Source: Aeromonadaceae bacterium (GTDB taxonomy: Bacteria; Pseudomonadota; Gammaproteobacteria; Enterobacterales; Aeromonadaceae). Taken from it: a DNA stretch of 40,782 bases. The notes below the pieces were generated by a model that searched no databases, had not been told where the DNA came from, and saw nothing but the letters and a program-made list of their open reading frames with translations. Both the position numbers and the translations under genes were made by a program. Shown here in pieces: positions 18,249 to 27,383 of the stretch (position 1 is the first letter of the stretch; every line of letters starts with the position of its first letter). Location: contig JBFHKO010000001.1 of assembly GCA_041595355.1 (NCBI GenBank), forward strand, positions 1 through 40,782. Reading direction: 5' to 3'.

Positions 18249-19067
18249 TTACTGGACGGCGGCGTCAAGTGGGCTCGTTATGGTACCGAGTTGGCTCACG
18301 GCGGCCAGGCTGTGCATGGCTTCCTCACCGCCGCCGAAGCGTACCCCGCGTACCGGGCAGGCATCCAGGTAATCCATGCCCACGGCCAGTTTCAGATGCT
18401 GGTTGGGGCGCATGCTGTTGTTGGTCACATCGAAGGTATGCCAGCGGCCCTCTACCCAGGCCTCGGCCCAGGCATGGGTGGCCACATGGGTCGAGTCCGG
18501 CGTGTACAGATAACCACTGACATAGCGTGCCGGTATGCCGTTGCTGCGACAGCAGGCCAAGAAAACATGGGTATGATCCTGACAGACACCGCGACGGGCG
18601 GCATAGGCCTCGGCGGCACTGTAAGTGGCGTCGGTGCTGCCCGGAGTATAGGGCATGTGGCCCAGTATTGCCGTCATCAGGCGCTGCAGGCCCGCCATGG
18701 GAGCGTGCCGATCCTGCCAGGCAAGGGCCAGGCTGCGCAGTGCGTCATCCGGTTGCGTCAGATAGCTGTGACGCAGGTAGATGAGCGGCGACAAGCCTCC
18801 CGGCTGCGGCTCTTCCATCTCGTCCTGGATCTCCACCTCGCCGCGGGCCTGGATATGAATGATCTCATGGGGTTGGTCCAACGTCAGCACATGCAGGATG
18901 TTGCCGAAACTGTCGGTGGTGCAGGTGGCGCCGCGAGGCAGTTTCAGCTCCCAGGAGAGGATCTGCTGGCGACGGGAGGCCTGGGGCGTCAGACGCAGGT
19001 ACTGGGTACTGTGACGTACCTCTTGGCGGTAATGATAATGGGTGCTGTGCTCTATGGTCAGTTTCAT
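18249..19067 (-). CDS. Transglutaminase-like cysteine protease family protein
   Basis: 272 aa. N-terminal bacterial transglutaminase-N type region (MKLTIEHSTHYHY...), then a Cys-His-Asp core: RRGVCQDHTHVF, THAWAEAWV, FDVTN. The ATG overlaps the alpha-E stop (ATGA). Confidence 0.9.
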   Translation of the reverse strand: MKLTIEHSTHYHYRQEVRHSTQYLRLTPQASRRQQILSWELKLPRGATCTTDSFGNILHVLTLDQPHEIIHIQARGEVEIQDEMEEPQPGGLSPLIYLRHSYLTQPDDALRSLALAWQDRHAPMAGLQRLMTAILGHMPYTPGSTDATYSAAEAYAARRGVCQDHTHVFLACCRSNGIPARYVSGYLYTPDSTHVATHAWAEAWVEGRWHTFDVTNNSMRPNQHLKLAVGMDYLDACPVRGVRFGGGEEAMHSLAAVSQLGTITSPLDAAVQ

Positions 19068-19986
19068 CTTAGTTCCAGATAGGCGCGGTGGATGCTTTCG
19101 GCGAGGGCATGGGTCTCTTCCAGAAATTGATCCAGGAACTGATGCAGCCCCATGGCGGTGAGGGAGTCGATATTGCCAAAACGCAGGCGGGCATGCTGGA
19201 TACAGGCCAGCAGCCGTGGCTCCTTGCCGGCGTCGCCCTCAATCTGGCTGAGCAGCGCTTCAACTTCCTCCAGGCAGGCTCGCAGGGAGCGGGGCACCTC
19301 ATTGCGCAGGATAAGCAGCTCGGCAACCTTGTCGCCGGTCGGACTCTGCTTGTAGAGCTCCTGATACGCTTCGTAAGCACCCACCGAACGCAGCACGGCG
19401 TTCCAGCGATAGTAGGCGCGGGCGGTGTCCTCTTCCTGCTGCATCACCTGATACTTGACGGCCAGGATGCGGGCGGTGTTGTCGGCGCGTTCCAAAAAGG
19501 TACCCAGGCGAACGAAACTCAGGGCATCGCTGCGCATCATGGTGCCGAAGGTGGCGCCGCGGAACAGGTGCGAGCGCTCCTTGACCCAGTCGAAGAAGTC
19601 GTTGGCCCCCAGCTTGTCGATGCCTCGGTGGCGTATCTTTCTCATCTCCAGCCAGGTGGCGTTGATGCTTTCCCACACTTCGGCGGAGATACGTCCGCGG
19701 ACCGAATGGGCATTGTCCCGTGCGATACGAATGCAATTGAAAATGCTACCGGGGTTGCTTTCATCCAGGGTGAAAAACTCCAGCAGGTTGCGCATGCTGA
19801 CGCCGTCATATTTGGCCAGATAGGGCGTATGGGTACCGGTGATGGTCAGCGGTGCAACCAGTTCGCTGTGATCGGCATCGATCATCGGCATCAGCGACAT
19901 GCTGTTGGTCACGTCCAGCATGCGGGCGGTGTTTTCCGCACGCTCCAGGTGGCGGGACATCCAGTAGAGTTCACTGGCGGTACGGC

Positions 19987-19993
<7 letters not shown>
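19064..19993 (-). CDS. Alpha-E domain protein (COG2307-like)
   Basis: From ATG 19993: MLSRTASELYWMSRHLERAENTARMLDV... is the typical alpha-E N-terminus, 309 aa. The track ORF (to 20377) is an out-of-frame overlap extension into the ATP-grasp gene. The start overlaps the ATP-grasp stop (ATGCTGA). Confidence 0.88.
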
Positions 19994-21423
<1,430 letters not shown>

Positions 21424-21471
21424 GCTAAACCTCGTTGGTTACGTCTGGTTTATGGATTGATGGAATATCTC

Positions 21472-21487
21472 AGCAAGGGTTATGCCA
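21472..21487 (-). promoter_or_regulatory. Sigma-54 (-24/-12) promoter candidate for the Anbu operon
   Basis: The minus strand reads TGGCATAACCCTTGCT, i.e. TGGCA(T)-N5-TTGCT. The GG..GC spacing matches the consensus TGGCAC-N5-TTGCW exactly. The -12 element lies ~50 nt upstream of ATG 21423. Confidence 0.5.
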
Positions 21488-21634
21488 ATGATAGGGGTGC
21501 GATTCAGGCGGTTGTTGCCCATAATTGGTGCCACATGGCGCACTATTGTAGCGCAACTTGGATTCAAGCGTACCATTGTGGTGCCGAGTGCATCCAGTCA
21601 TCCATGTGCATCTGCAGCCGCCGTTCGCGCCGAC

Positions 21635-21656
21635 GGGCGGCCCCCTCGGGCCGCCC
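21635..21656 (-). terminator. GC-rich hairpin downstream of the DUF2892 gene
   Basis: gggcggccc-cctc-gggccgccc, 9-bp stem, no U-tract. Confidence 0.4.
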
Positions 21657-21662
21657 TGCGGC

Positions 21663-21857
21663 TTAGCCGTGGAAACCGAACCGCTTCAGCAGCATCTCCG
21701 CCGGGCAGATGCCGGTGAAGGCGCTCTGGATCAGGTTGAGGCCGATCAACAGGGTTAACCAGGCGAAGGCGCCATGCACCCAATAGGTCAGGAGCAGCGA
21801 CAGCACTATCATGACCCCCGCCACCACGCGCACCGCATTATTCATTGTCATGGTCAT
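21663..21857 (-). CDS. DUF2892 (YgaP C-terminal-like) small two-TM membrane protein
   Basis: 64 aa. ...NAVRVVAGVMIVLSLLLTYWVHGAFAWLTLLIGLNLIQSAFTGICPAEMLLKRFG matches the DUF2892 pattern (R..G.......L......W......G.NL.QS.FTG.CP). Divergent from the YeeE/YedE pair. Confidence 0.75.
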   Translation of the reverse strand: MTMTMNNAVRVVAGVMIVLSLLLTYWVHGAFAWLTLLIGLNLIQSAFTGICPAEMLLKRFGFHG

Positions 21858-21926
21858 CTCCAGTATATTAGATGTTGTTAATTTAGGTCTTGCTGTTAAA
21901 ATGAGCTGGTACCAAGCAAGCGCTAA

Positions 21927-21971
21927 TGCATGGGCTGCATGGGCTGCATGGGCTGTATTGGCTGCCAGGCC
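21927..21971. repeat. 9-bp tandem repeat (TGCATGGGC x3, plus two degenerate units) in a divergent promoter region
   Basis: tgcatgggc tgcatgggc tgcatgggc tgtattggc tgccaggcc, read directly from the sequence. Confidence 0.85.
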
Positions 21972-22010
21972 GGTGCAGCTACCACACTACTGAGGAGTAT
22001 AGATAAGCAT

Positions 22011-22433
22011 ATGACAATCGGTGATTTTACCCCCTGGTCTGCCCTGGCTGGCGGCATGATGCTCGGCGGTGCCGCCTTGCTGCTGCTGTGGGTCGAGGGA
22101 CGCATAGCCGGTATCAGTGGTCTGCTGGCCGGTTTGTTGAGCCCTCGGCGCGACGATGTACAGTGGCGCTTGCTGTTTCTCGGGGGCCTGATAGCGGGTG
22201 CAGCTCTGGCCTTTGTGCTGGGGCTGAGTCCGTTACCCTTGCTTGAGGCCTCACCCGCCGCATTGCTGGTCGCCGGGCTGCTGGTGGGGCTGGGGGCCAA
22301 ATTGGGCAATGGCTGTACCAGCGGGCATGGCATATGCGGGATGGGGCGGTTATCGCTGCGTTCGCTGGTGGCCACCCTTACTTTCATGGCCGGCGGCTTC
22401 ATCACGGTTTTTTTGATCCGTCACGGGCTCTGA
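22011..22433 (+). CDS. YeeE/YedE family sulfur-compound transporter, half-size subunit 1
   Basis: From ATG 22011 (GAGGAG at 21993-21998): MTIGDFTPWSALAGGMMLGGAALLLLWVEGRIAGISG...GNGCTSGHGICG (conserved Cys motif). The track start 21930 would add MGCMGCMGC from the tandem repeat and has no RBS. Confidence 0.85.
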   Translation: MTIGDFTPWSALAGGMMLGGAALLLLWVEGRIAGISGLLAGLLSPRRDDVQWRLLFLGGLIAGAALAFVLGLSPLPLLEASPAALLVAGLLVGLGAKLGNGCTSGHGICGMGRLSLRSLVATLTFMAGGFITVFLIRHGL

Positions 22434-22443
22434 GGAGGCAAGC

Positions 22444-22881
22444 ATGCGATTGACGAGTCTGTTTTCCGGATTGCTGTTCGGACTGGGGCTGGCGGTCTCC
22501 GGCATGGTGCAGCCGCAGAAGGTGCAGGGTTTTCTGGATCTGGCCGGAGTCTGGGATCCAAGCCTGGCTCTGGTGATGGTCGCCGCCATAGGGGTGTTCC
22601 TGCCCGGTTACCTGCTGCTGATAAAACCGCGTCGGCAGAGCCTGTCAGGCCAGCCTTTTCATCTGAGCAACAAGGCGGGCATCGAGCCGGTGCTGCTGCT
22701 GGGCGCTGCCCTGTTTGGTATCGGCTGGGGGCTGGTGGGCGTCTGTCCGGGACCGGCGCTGGCGTTGCTGGCCAGCGGCCAGGCCAGCGCGGTTGGCTTC
22801 GTGCTGGCGATGCTGGCCGGCATCAAGCTGGGCTGCTGGATACAGGAATGGCAGCTCAGGCGCCTGACGTCGGCCGGATAG
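22444..22881 (+). CDS. YeeE/YedE family (DUF6691-like) sulfur-compound transporter, half-size subunit 2
   Basis: 145 aa. MRLTSLFSGLLFGLGLAVSGM..P.KV.GFLD......WDPSL..VM......GIGWGLVGVCPGPA. This is the typical partner of the preceding half-transporter. Confidence 0.85.
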   Translation: MRLTSLFSGLLFGLGLAVSGMVQPQKVQGFLDLAGVWDPSLALVMVAAIGVFLPGYLLLIKPRRQSLSGQPFHLSNKAGIEPVLLLGAALFGIGWGLVGVCPGPALALLASGQASAVGFVLAMLAGIKLGCWIQEWQLRRLTSAG

Positions 22882-22900
22882 GCGGCATGCCCGCGATGAT

Positions 22901-22927
22901 GTCCAGGGGGCCGCTGGCCCCCTGGAC
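22901..22927. terminator. Hairpin between convergent genes
   Basis: gtccagggggcc-gct-ggccccctggac, 12-bp perfect stem with a very small loop. Confidence 0.55.
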
Positions 22928-22931
22928 CGTC

Positions 22932-23432
22932 TCAGGCGGCGAGGATCTTGCGGATTTCCTGGATGGAAAGCTTGTAGAGGCGAGGGCAGGCCTTCCAGGC
23001 ATTCAGCATGCGCTGGTATTTGTCGCGCATGGCGAGCTCGGAGTTGAGATCGGCACACCCCTTTTCAAGCTCAGGGAAGCGGCGCTCCACATCCAGCAGG
23101 TAGCAGACATAGTCGGCCAGCGCCTTTTCATGGCTGCGGGAATAACCGATGAACTCCAGGCGCGAAAAGGCAAGCTCCCGGCGCTCATCGGCGGGCAGGT
23201 TTTCGTAAGAGACCTTCATGGCATGGTACATCTCCAAGCTGTCCAGTACCTCGCGGCACACCTCTTCGCTCAGGTAGCCGAATCCCTTCTCCAGCTCCAG
23301 CATCTGCAGGCCATAACCGCGCTCAATGATGGTTTGGCATTGCTTGTAGTGCTCGGCGCGCTGCGGATCCAGCTTGCTTAGAATGTCGTATTGGTTGCTG
23401 AGGATCAGGCGCTGGGCGTGGGTCATGTTCAT
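22932..23432 (-). CDS. yfbU: YfbU family protein (UPF0304)
   Basis: From ATG 23432 (RBS AGAAGGA): MNMTHAQRLILSNQYDILSKLDP...QTIIERGYGLQMLELE...EMYHAMKVSYENL...KYQRMLNAWKACPR. This is collinear with E. coli YfbU. Confidence 0.9.
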   Translation of the reverse strand: MNMTHAQRLILSNQYDILSKLDPQRAEHYKQCQTIIERGYGLQMLELEKGFGYLSEEVCREVLDSLEMYHAMKVSYENLPADERRELAFSRLEFIGYSRSHEKALADYVCYLLDVERRFPELEKGCADLNSELAMRDKYQRMLNAWKACPRLYKLSIQEIRKILAA

Positions 23433-23707
23433 CGGTGTGTTCCTTCTGGTCTGGTGACGATGATTCGCAGGACATTTTGCTAAGGATTCTGCTGCAATGT
23501 GAACAATGAGTGCAATCACTGTTATCGCATTGTTGGTGTCGGATTCTGCCACGCCTGGCGGCGTTAAGCGTTGAGCGGCATCAAGCCTTGGCCGGTGAGA
23601 CCACGCAGGCGCGGGAAAATATATTTACCTGATGCCGGGCGCACGCTCTGTTGTTGCTGCGGATTCTGCATTAGCATGGGCGCACTCGAAAATGAGGTGT
23701 GGCAAGT

Positions 23708-24253
23708 ATGCAACGCAAGCTTAAAGCGCTCTTTATTCTGTTAATTCTCGCACTGTCCGCCTTCTACCTGGGCGTCCTGTACCTGGCAGCACATCCGAAC
23801 GTCAGTATGGCGTACCGGATGTATTATCTGGAGATGAAAACCAAGTTCTGGAGCAGAAACCAGACCCTGGCCTACATTCCCGGTACCCCCATCGATCTGG
23901 TCACGGAACGCGCTTTTTATCTGACGCGTCAGGGCTGGTCCAAACCCGACAAGGCTGGCCGAGGCTCCGAATTCAGCGGCGAGGGCGGCCTCTATTTCAC
24001 TTTGCACCGGGTGCCGGGTCGGCTGCGTTTCGAGGGGCAGTTGACGACGCCCGTGGACGGGGTCGAATTGCGCGTCTCGGTGGGGACTCAATGGTCCGAA
24101 ACCCTGCATTTTGACCAGGCCGGGGCGAACCGCTTTGCGGTGGAGCTGCCGAGCGGCCTGCTGGTGGCCGATCCGCTGACACCCAATCTGATCAGTCTGC
24201 ATGCCAGTCATGCGTTGCTGTTCCAGTCATTCATGCTTTCTCACCTGGAGTGA
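23708..24253 (+). CDS. Hypothetical N-terminally anchored membrane/periplasmic protein, first gene of the glycosylation cluster
   Basis: ATG 23708 follows GAGG at 23695-23698 (the track uses GTG 23699). MQRKLKALFILLILALSAFYLGVLYLAA anchor, then a ~150-aa soluble domain. I recognise no family. Confidence 0.55.
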   Translation: MQRKLKALFILLILALSAFYLGVLYLAAHPNVSMAYRMYYLEMKTKFWSRNQTLAYIPGTPIDLVTERAFYLTRQGWSKPDKAGRGSEFSGEGGLYFTLHRVPGRLRFEGQLTTPVDGVELRVSVGTQWSETLHFDQAGANRFAVELPSGLLVADPLTPNLISLHASHALLFQSFMLSHLE

Positions 24254-24265
24254 TGAGGTTTTTTC

Positions 24266-25252
24266 ATGGATAGAGAGCGTTTTACCCTGTCGCTGGTGGT
24301 GCCGGTCTACAACGAAGAAGAAAACATCCAGTCCTTCATCGACAGCATGGATCGGGAACTGGCGCCCCTGCGCGACCAACTGCAGATCCTGTTCATCAAT
24401 GACGGCAGCCGCGATCGCACCCGTGACATCATCACCGAGGTGATAGCGCGCGACCCAAGGGTGAGCCTGGTCAATCTGGCGCGCAACTTCGGCAAGGAAG
24501 CGGCCATGACGGCGGGGCTGGCCCATGCGCGTGGCGATGCCGTGGTACCCATGGATGTGGATCTGCAGGATCCGCCGGCGCTGATCCTGGAGTTTGTCCG
24601 TCTGTGGCAGCAGGGCTACGATACGGTCTATGGCGTAAGGACCGACCGCACCGCGGATACCCCCATGAAGCGGTTGACCGCCGGCGGCTTCTACCGCTTC
24701 TTCAATGCCGTGTCGACAACGATGCAAATACCTGAAAATGCTGGTGATTTCAGGCTGATGGACCGCCGGGTGGTGGATGTGATCAACCAGTTGCCCGAGC
24801 GTAACCGCTTCATGAAGGGGCTGTTTGCCTGGCCCGGCTTCAGGGCCATAGGGGTGCCCTACGAACGCCCGGCACGCCAGGCGGGGACCACCAAGTTCAA
24901 CTACTGGAAACTGTGGAACTTCGCCCTGGATGGTCTGCTCAGCTTTTCCAGCTGGCCGCTGCGGGTCTGGAGTTATGTCGGTGCCGGGGTTGCGGCCCTG
25001 AGTTTCCTGTTCATGCTGTTTATCATCGGCAAGGTATTGGCCACCGGGGTCGACATTCCGGGTTACGCCTCCCTGATGTGCGTAGTGCTGTTTCTCGGCG
25101 GCATGCAGTTGCTCTCCATCGGCGTGCTGGGGGAATACGTGGCGCGCATGTTCCTGGAAGTGAAGCAGCGGCCGGTGTTTGTGGTGGAGGGTGTCTACGG
25201 TCAGTATGCCCGGGAGCCCGCCGGACAGCCGACAGGGCCGGCCGAGGCATGA
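24266..25252 (+). CDS. GT2 polyprenyl-phosphate glycosyltransferase (GtrB/ArnC-like)
   Basis: 328 aa. LSLVVPVYNEEENI, INDGSRD, NFGKEAA, PMDVDLQDPP (DXD region), and two C-terminal TM helices, as in GtrB-type enzymes. Confidence 0.92.
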   Translation: MDRERFTLSLVVPVYNEEENIQSFIDSMDRELAPLRDQLQILFINDGSRDRTRDIITEVIARDPRVSLVNLARNFGKEAAMTAGLAHARGDAVVPMDVDLQDPPALILEFVRLWQQGYDTVYGVRTDRTADTPMKRLTAGGFYRFFNAVSTTMQIPENAGDFRLMDRRVVDVINQLPERNRFMKGLFAWPGFRAIGVPYERPARQAGTTKFNYWKLWNFALDGLLSFSSWPLRVWSYVGAGVAALSFLFMLFIIGKVLATGVDIPGYASLMCVVLFLGGMQLLSIGVLGEYVARMFLEVKQRPVFVVEGVYGQYAREPAGQPTGPAEA

Positions 25253-25620
25253 TGGCGCGTGGCGAATTCTGGCGGCTGCTGCGCTTTGCCATCGTCGGAG
25301 GCGGAGCCACGGCCTCGCATCTGCTGGTGGCCTGGCTCTGTTTCTGGCGTTATCCGGATGCCTCCGAGTTCGGGGTCAATCTGGTGGCCTTCAGCCTGGC
25401 TTTCTGGGTGTCGTTTCTCGGCCACCGGTTCTTCACCTTCAACAAGCCGGGCTCGATACGCAAGTTCCTGATAGTGGCGCTTATCTCTTATGGGTTGAAT
25501 AACCTGCTGCTGACCGTCCTCATCTGGTTGGGACTCGGTGGCTGGCCGGCGATTGCCATCGCTACCCTGATGGTGCCGCTGGTAACCTATCTTCTGGCCC
25601 GGATCTGGGTCTTCGTGTGA
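25249..25620 (+). CDS. GtrA-family small membrane protein (putative lipid-linked sugar flippase)
   Basis: 123 aa from ATG 25249 (ATGA overlap with the GT2 stop): FWRLLRFAIVGGGATASHLLV...FLGHRFFTFN..., four TM helices. Confidence 0.85.
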   Translation: MMARGEFWRLLRFAIVGGGATASHLLVAWLCFWRYPDASEFGVNLVAFSLAFWVSFLGHRFFTFNKPGSIRKFLIVALISYGLNNLLLTVLIWLGLGGWPAIAIATLMVPLVTYLLARIWVFV

Positions 25621-25641
25621 TCTAGTGGAGTTGTCCACCCT

Positions 25642-26829
25642 ATGCGTGCAGAAAACGTAAACGTGCTTGTCGAACCGCTCTCCATCGGCAGGAAAGATTG
25701 GGGCATGATAGTGCTGGCCTTTTTGATCAGCCGGGCCGTGCTCTACGCCATTGGCTTCTTTGGTGCCATGCATTACAACGTGGAGACCGATCTCATCGAT
25801 ACCACGGCGTTGAATCTGGCGGAGTCCATTGATGTGGATATTCCCGGTATTTTCTGCCAATTCGACTGCGGCTGGTTTCTCAGTATCGCCGACATCGGCT
25901 ACGACACCTTTCCCCACGGTCTCACCACCGGACATGCGGCCAACTGGGCTTTCTTCCCCCTGTTCCCGCTGGCCGGACACTGGCTGGGAGAGCTGCTCGG
26001 CATCGGCACCCTGAAGGCCTTTTACCTGATCGCCAATCTTTCCTTCCTGGCGGCCTTGCCGCTGTTTTTCCTTTGCCTGCGGCAATTGGGGCAGAGTCTG
26101 GAAGTGGCGCGCTACGGGGTCTGGCTGTTGGCATTCTCACCCTACTCCATCTATTTCATCGCCCCCTATACCGAGTCCACGTTCATGGCGCTGATGCTGG
26201 TGGTATTCCTGTTTGCCTATCGCCATCGCTGGCTGTGGGTGGCGCTGGCCGGGGTGGCGCTGACGGCGACCCGCAACCTGGGGGTCATGGTGGTGTTCTC
26301 GGTGTTGATCCTGGCGCTGCAGGCCTATGGCTGGCGCGAGCTGGTGCGGCTCGGCGATCGTGGCCTGCGGGTCTGGCTGACCATCTGGGTGATACCGCTG
26401 GCGATCTTCGGCTACATGTTCTACATGCACTTTCACATCGGTGATGCGTTTGCGTTCAAGAACATACAGCTGGCCTGGGGACGCATGTTCGACAATCCCT
26501 TCGAGTATTGGTGGTCCGGGTTTGAAACCGGTGGGCGCAAGTATTATCTGTCGGTGGTCATCGCGCTGGGGTGGCTGCTGAATGGATACCTGTTCTGGCA
26601 GCGGCGCTATGCCGAGGCGGTGCTCATGCTGGTATGCATCTTCGTGCCCATAGTGACCGGCACCAATGCCTTCCCGCGCTACCTGTTCGGCCTCTATCCG
26701 ACCATGCTGGCCATCGTCCTGTTTACCCGCAACAAACCCATGATGCGGCCATTGATCCTGGCGTTGTCGGCGTTGCTCTCCAGCTACTTCGTCATCGCCT
26801 GGGTCAATGCCAAATTCTTCATCGTCTGA
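25642..26829 (+). CDS. Polytopic GT-C-type membrane glycosyltransferase (PIG-V/ArnT/GtrC-like)
   Basis: 395 aa with ~10 predicted hydrophobic helices. The first periplasmic loop carries acidic residues (FDCGWFLSIADIGYD). It sits directly after the GtrB/GtrA-like genes. Confidence 0.75.
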   Translation: MRAENVNVLVEPLSIGRKDWGMIVLAFLISRAVLYAIGFFGAMHYNVETDLIDTTALNLAESIDVDIPGIFCQFDCGWFLSIADIGYDTFPHGLTTGHAANWAFFPLFPLAGHWLGELLGIGTLKAFYLIANLSFLAALPLFFLCLRQLGQSLEVARYGVWLLAFSPYSIYFIAPYTESTFMALMLVVFLFAYRHRWLWVALAGVALTATRNLGVMVVFSVLILALQAYGWRELVRLGDRGLRVWLTIWVIPLAIFGYMFYMHFHIGDAFAFKNIQLAWGRMFDNPFEYWWSGFETGGRKYYLSVVIALGWLLNGYLFWQRRYAEAVLMLVCIFVPIVTGTNAFPRYLFGLYPTMLAIVLFTRNKPMMRPLILALSALLSSYFVIAWVNAKFFIV

Positions 26830-26851
26830 GTCCCCCGCTTCCGGGACCTGA

Positions 26852-26885
26852 ATGATGCGGCCCCCTGGTCACGGGGCCGCATCAT
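26852..26885. terminator. Bidirectional hairpin between the convergent GT-C gene and bcp
   Basis: atgatgcggcccc-ctggtcac-ggggccgcatcat, 13-bp perfect stem. Confidence 0.7.
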
Positions 26886-26892
26886 GGCACGC

Positions 26893-27366
26893 TCAGTCTG
26901 CCGGGCGCTGCAGGTAATCCAGCACCACCTGATGGTGAGTGCTGGTCTTGAACTTGGTGAATACCTGCTCGATCTGTCCCTGCTCATCAATCAGAAAGCT
27001 GAGCCGGTGAATGCCGTCATACTCCCGGCCCATGAATTTCTTCGGTCCCCATACCCCGAAGGCCTCCGCGACCTGGTGATCCTCATCGGCCAGCAACCGG
27101 AAGTTGAGCGCCTGTTTTTCCTCGAATTTTTTTAGCCGCGCCGGCGCATCCGGACTGATGCCAAGCACCACCACGTTCAGGGCGGCCAGCTCGGCCTGCA
27201 CATCGCGCAGACCGCACGCCTGGGTGGTGCATCCCGGGGTCATTGCCTTGGGGTAAAAATAGACCAGTACCTTGCGGCCGCGCAGATCCTGCAGTGTGAC
27301 TGGCTGACCGTTCTGATCCGGCAGGCTGAAATCGGGAGCCGGGCTCCCGCTGGTTAGGTTGTGCAT
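26893..27366 (-). CDS. bcp: Thiol peroxidase Bcp (peroxiredoxin)
   Basis: From ATG 27366 (RBS AAGGAG): MHNLTSGSPAPDFSLPDQNGQPVTLQDLRGRKVLVYFYPKAMTPGCTTQACGLRD.... The track ORF has a 46-codon upstream extension. Confidence 0.93.
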   Translation of the reverse strand: MHNLTSGSPAPDFSLPDQNGQPVTLQDLRGRKVLVYFYPKAMTPGCTTQACGLRDVQAELAALNVVVLGISPDAPARLKKFEEKQALNFRLLADEDHQVAEAFGVWGPKKFMGREYDGIHRLSFLIDEQGQIEQVFTKFKTSTHHQVVLDYLQRPAD

Positions 27367-27383
27367 GGCTGGGTTCACTCCTT

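Noticed and set aside
21500-21600. Canonical NtrC palindromes (TGCACCA-N3-TGGTGCA) upstream of the sigma-54 candidate.
   Set aside because: The observed elements are direct, not inverted, arrangements of GCACCA-like half-sites, so they do not fit the NtrC dyad. They are reported only as repeated heptamers in the sigma-54 finding.
21930-22010. Upstream start for the first YeeE/YedE gene, giving the N-terminus MGCMGCMGCIGCQ....
   Set aside because: There is no Shine-Dalgarno sequence. The canonical family N-terminus begins at ATG 22011, which has GAGGAG upstream. The alternative is retained only as a hypothesis in the tandem-repeat finding.
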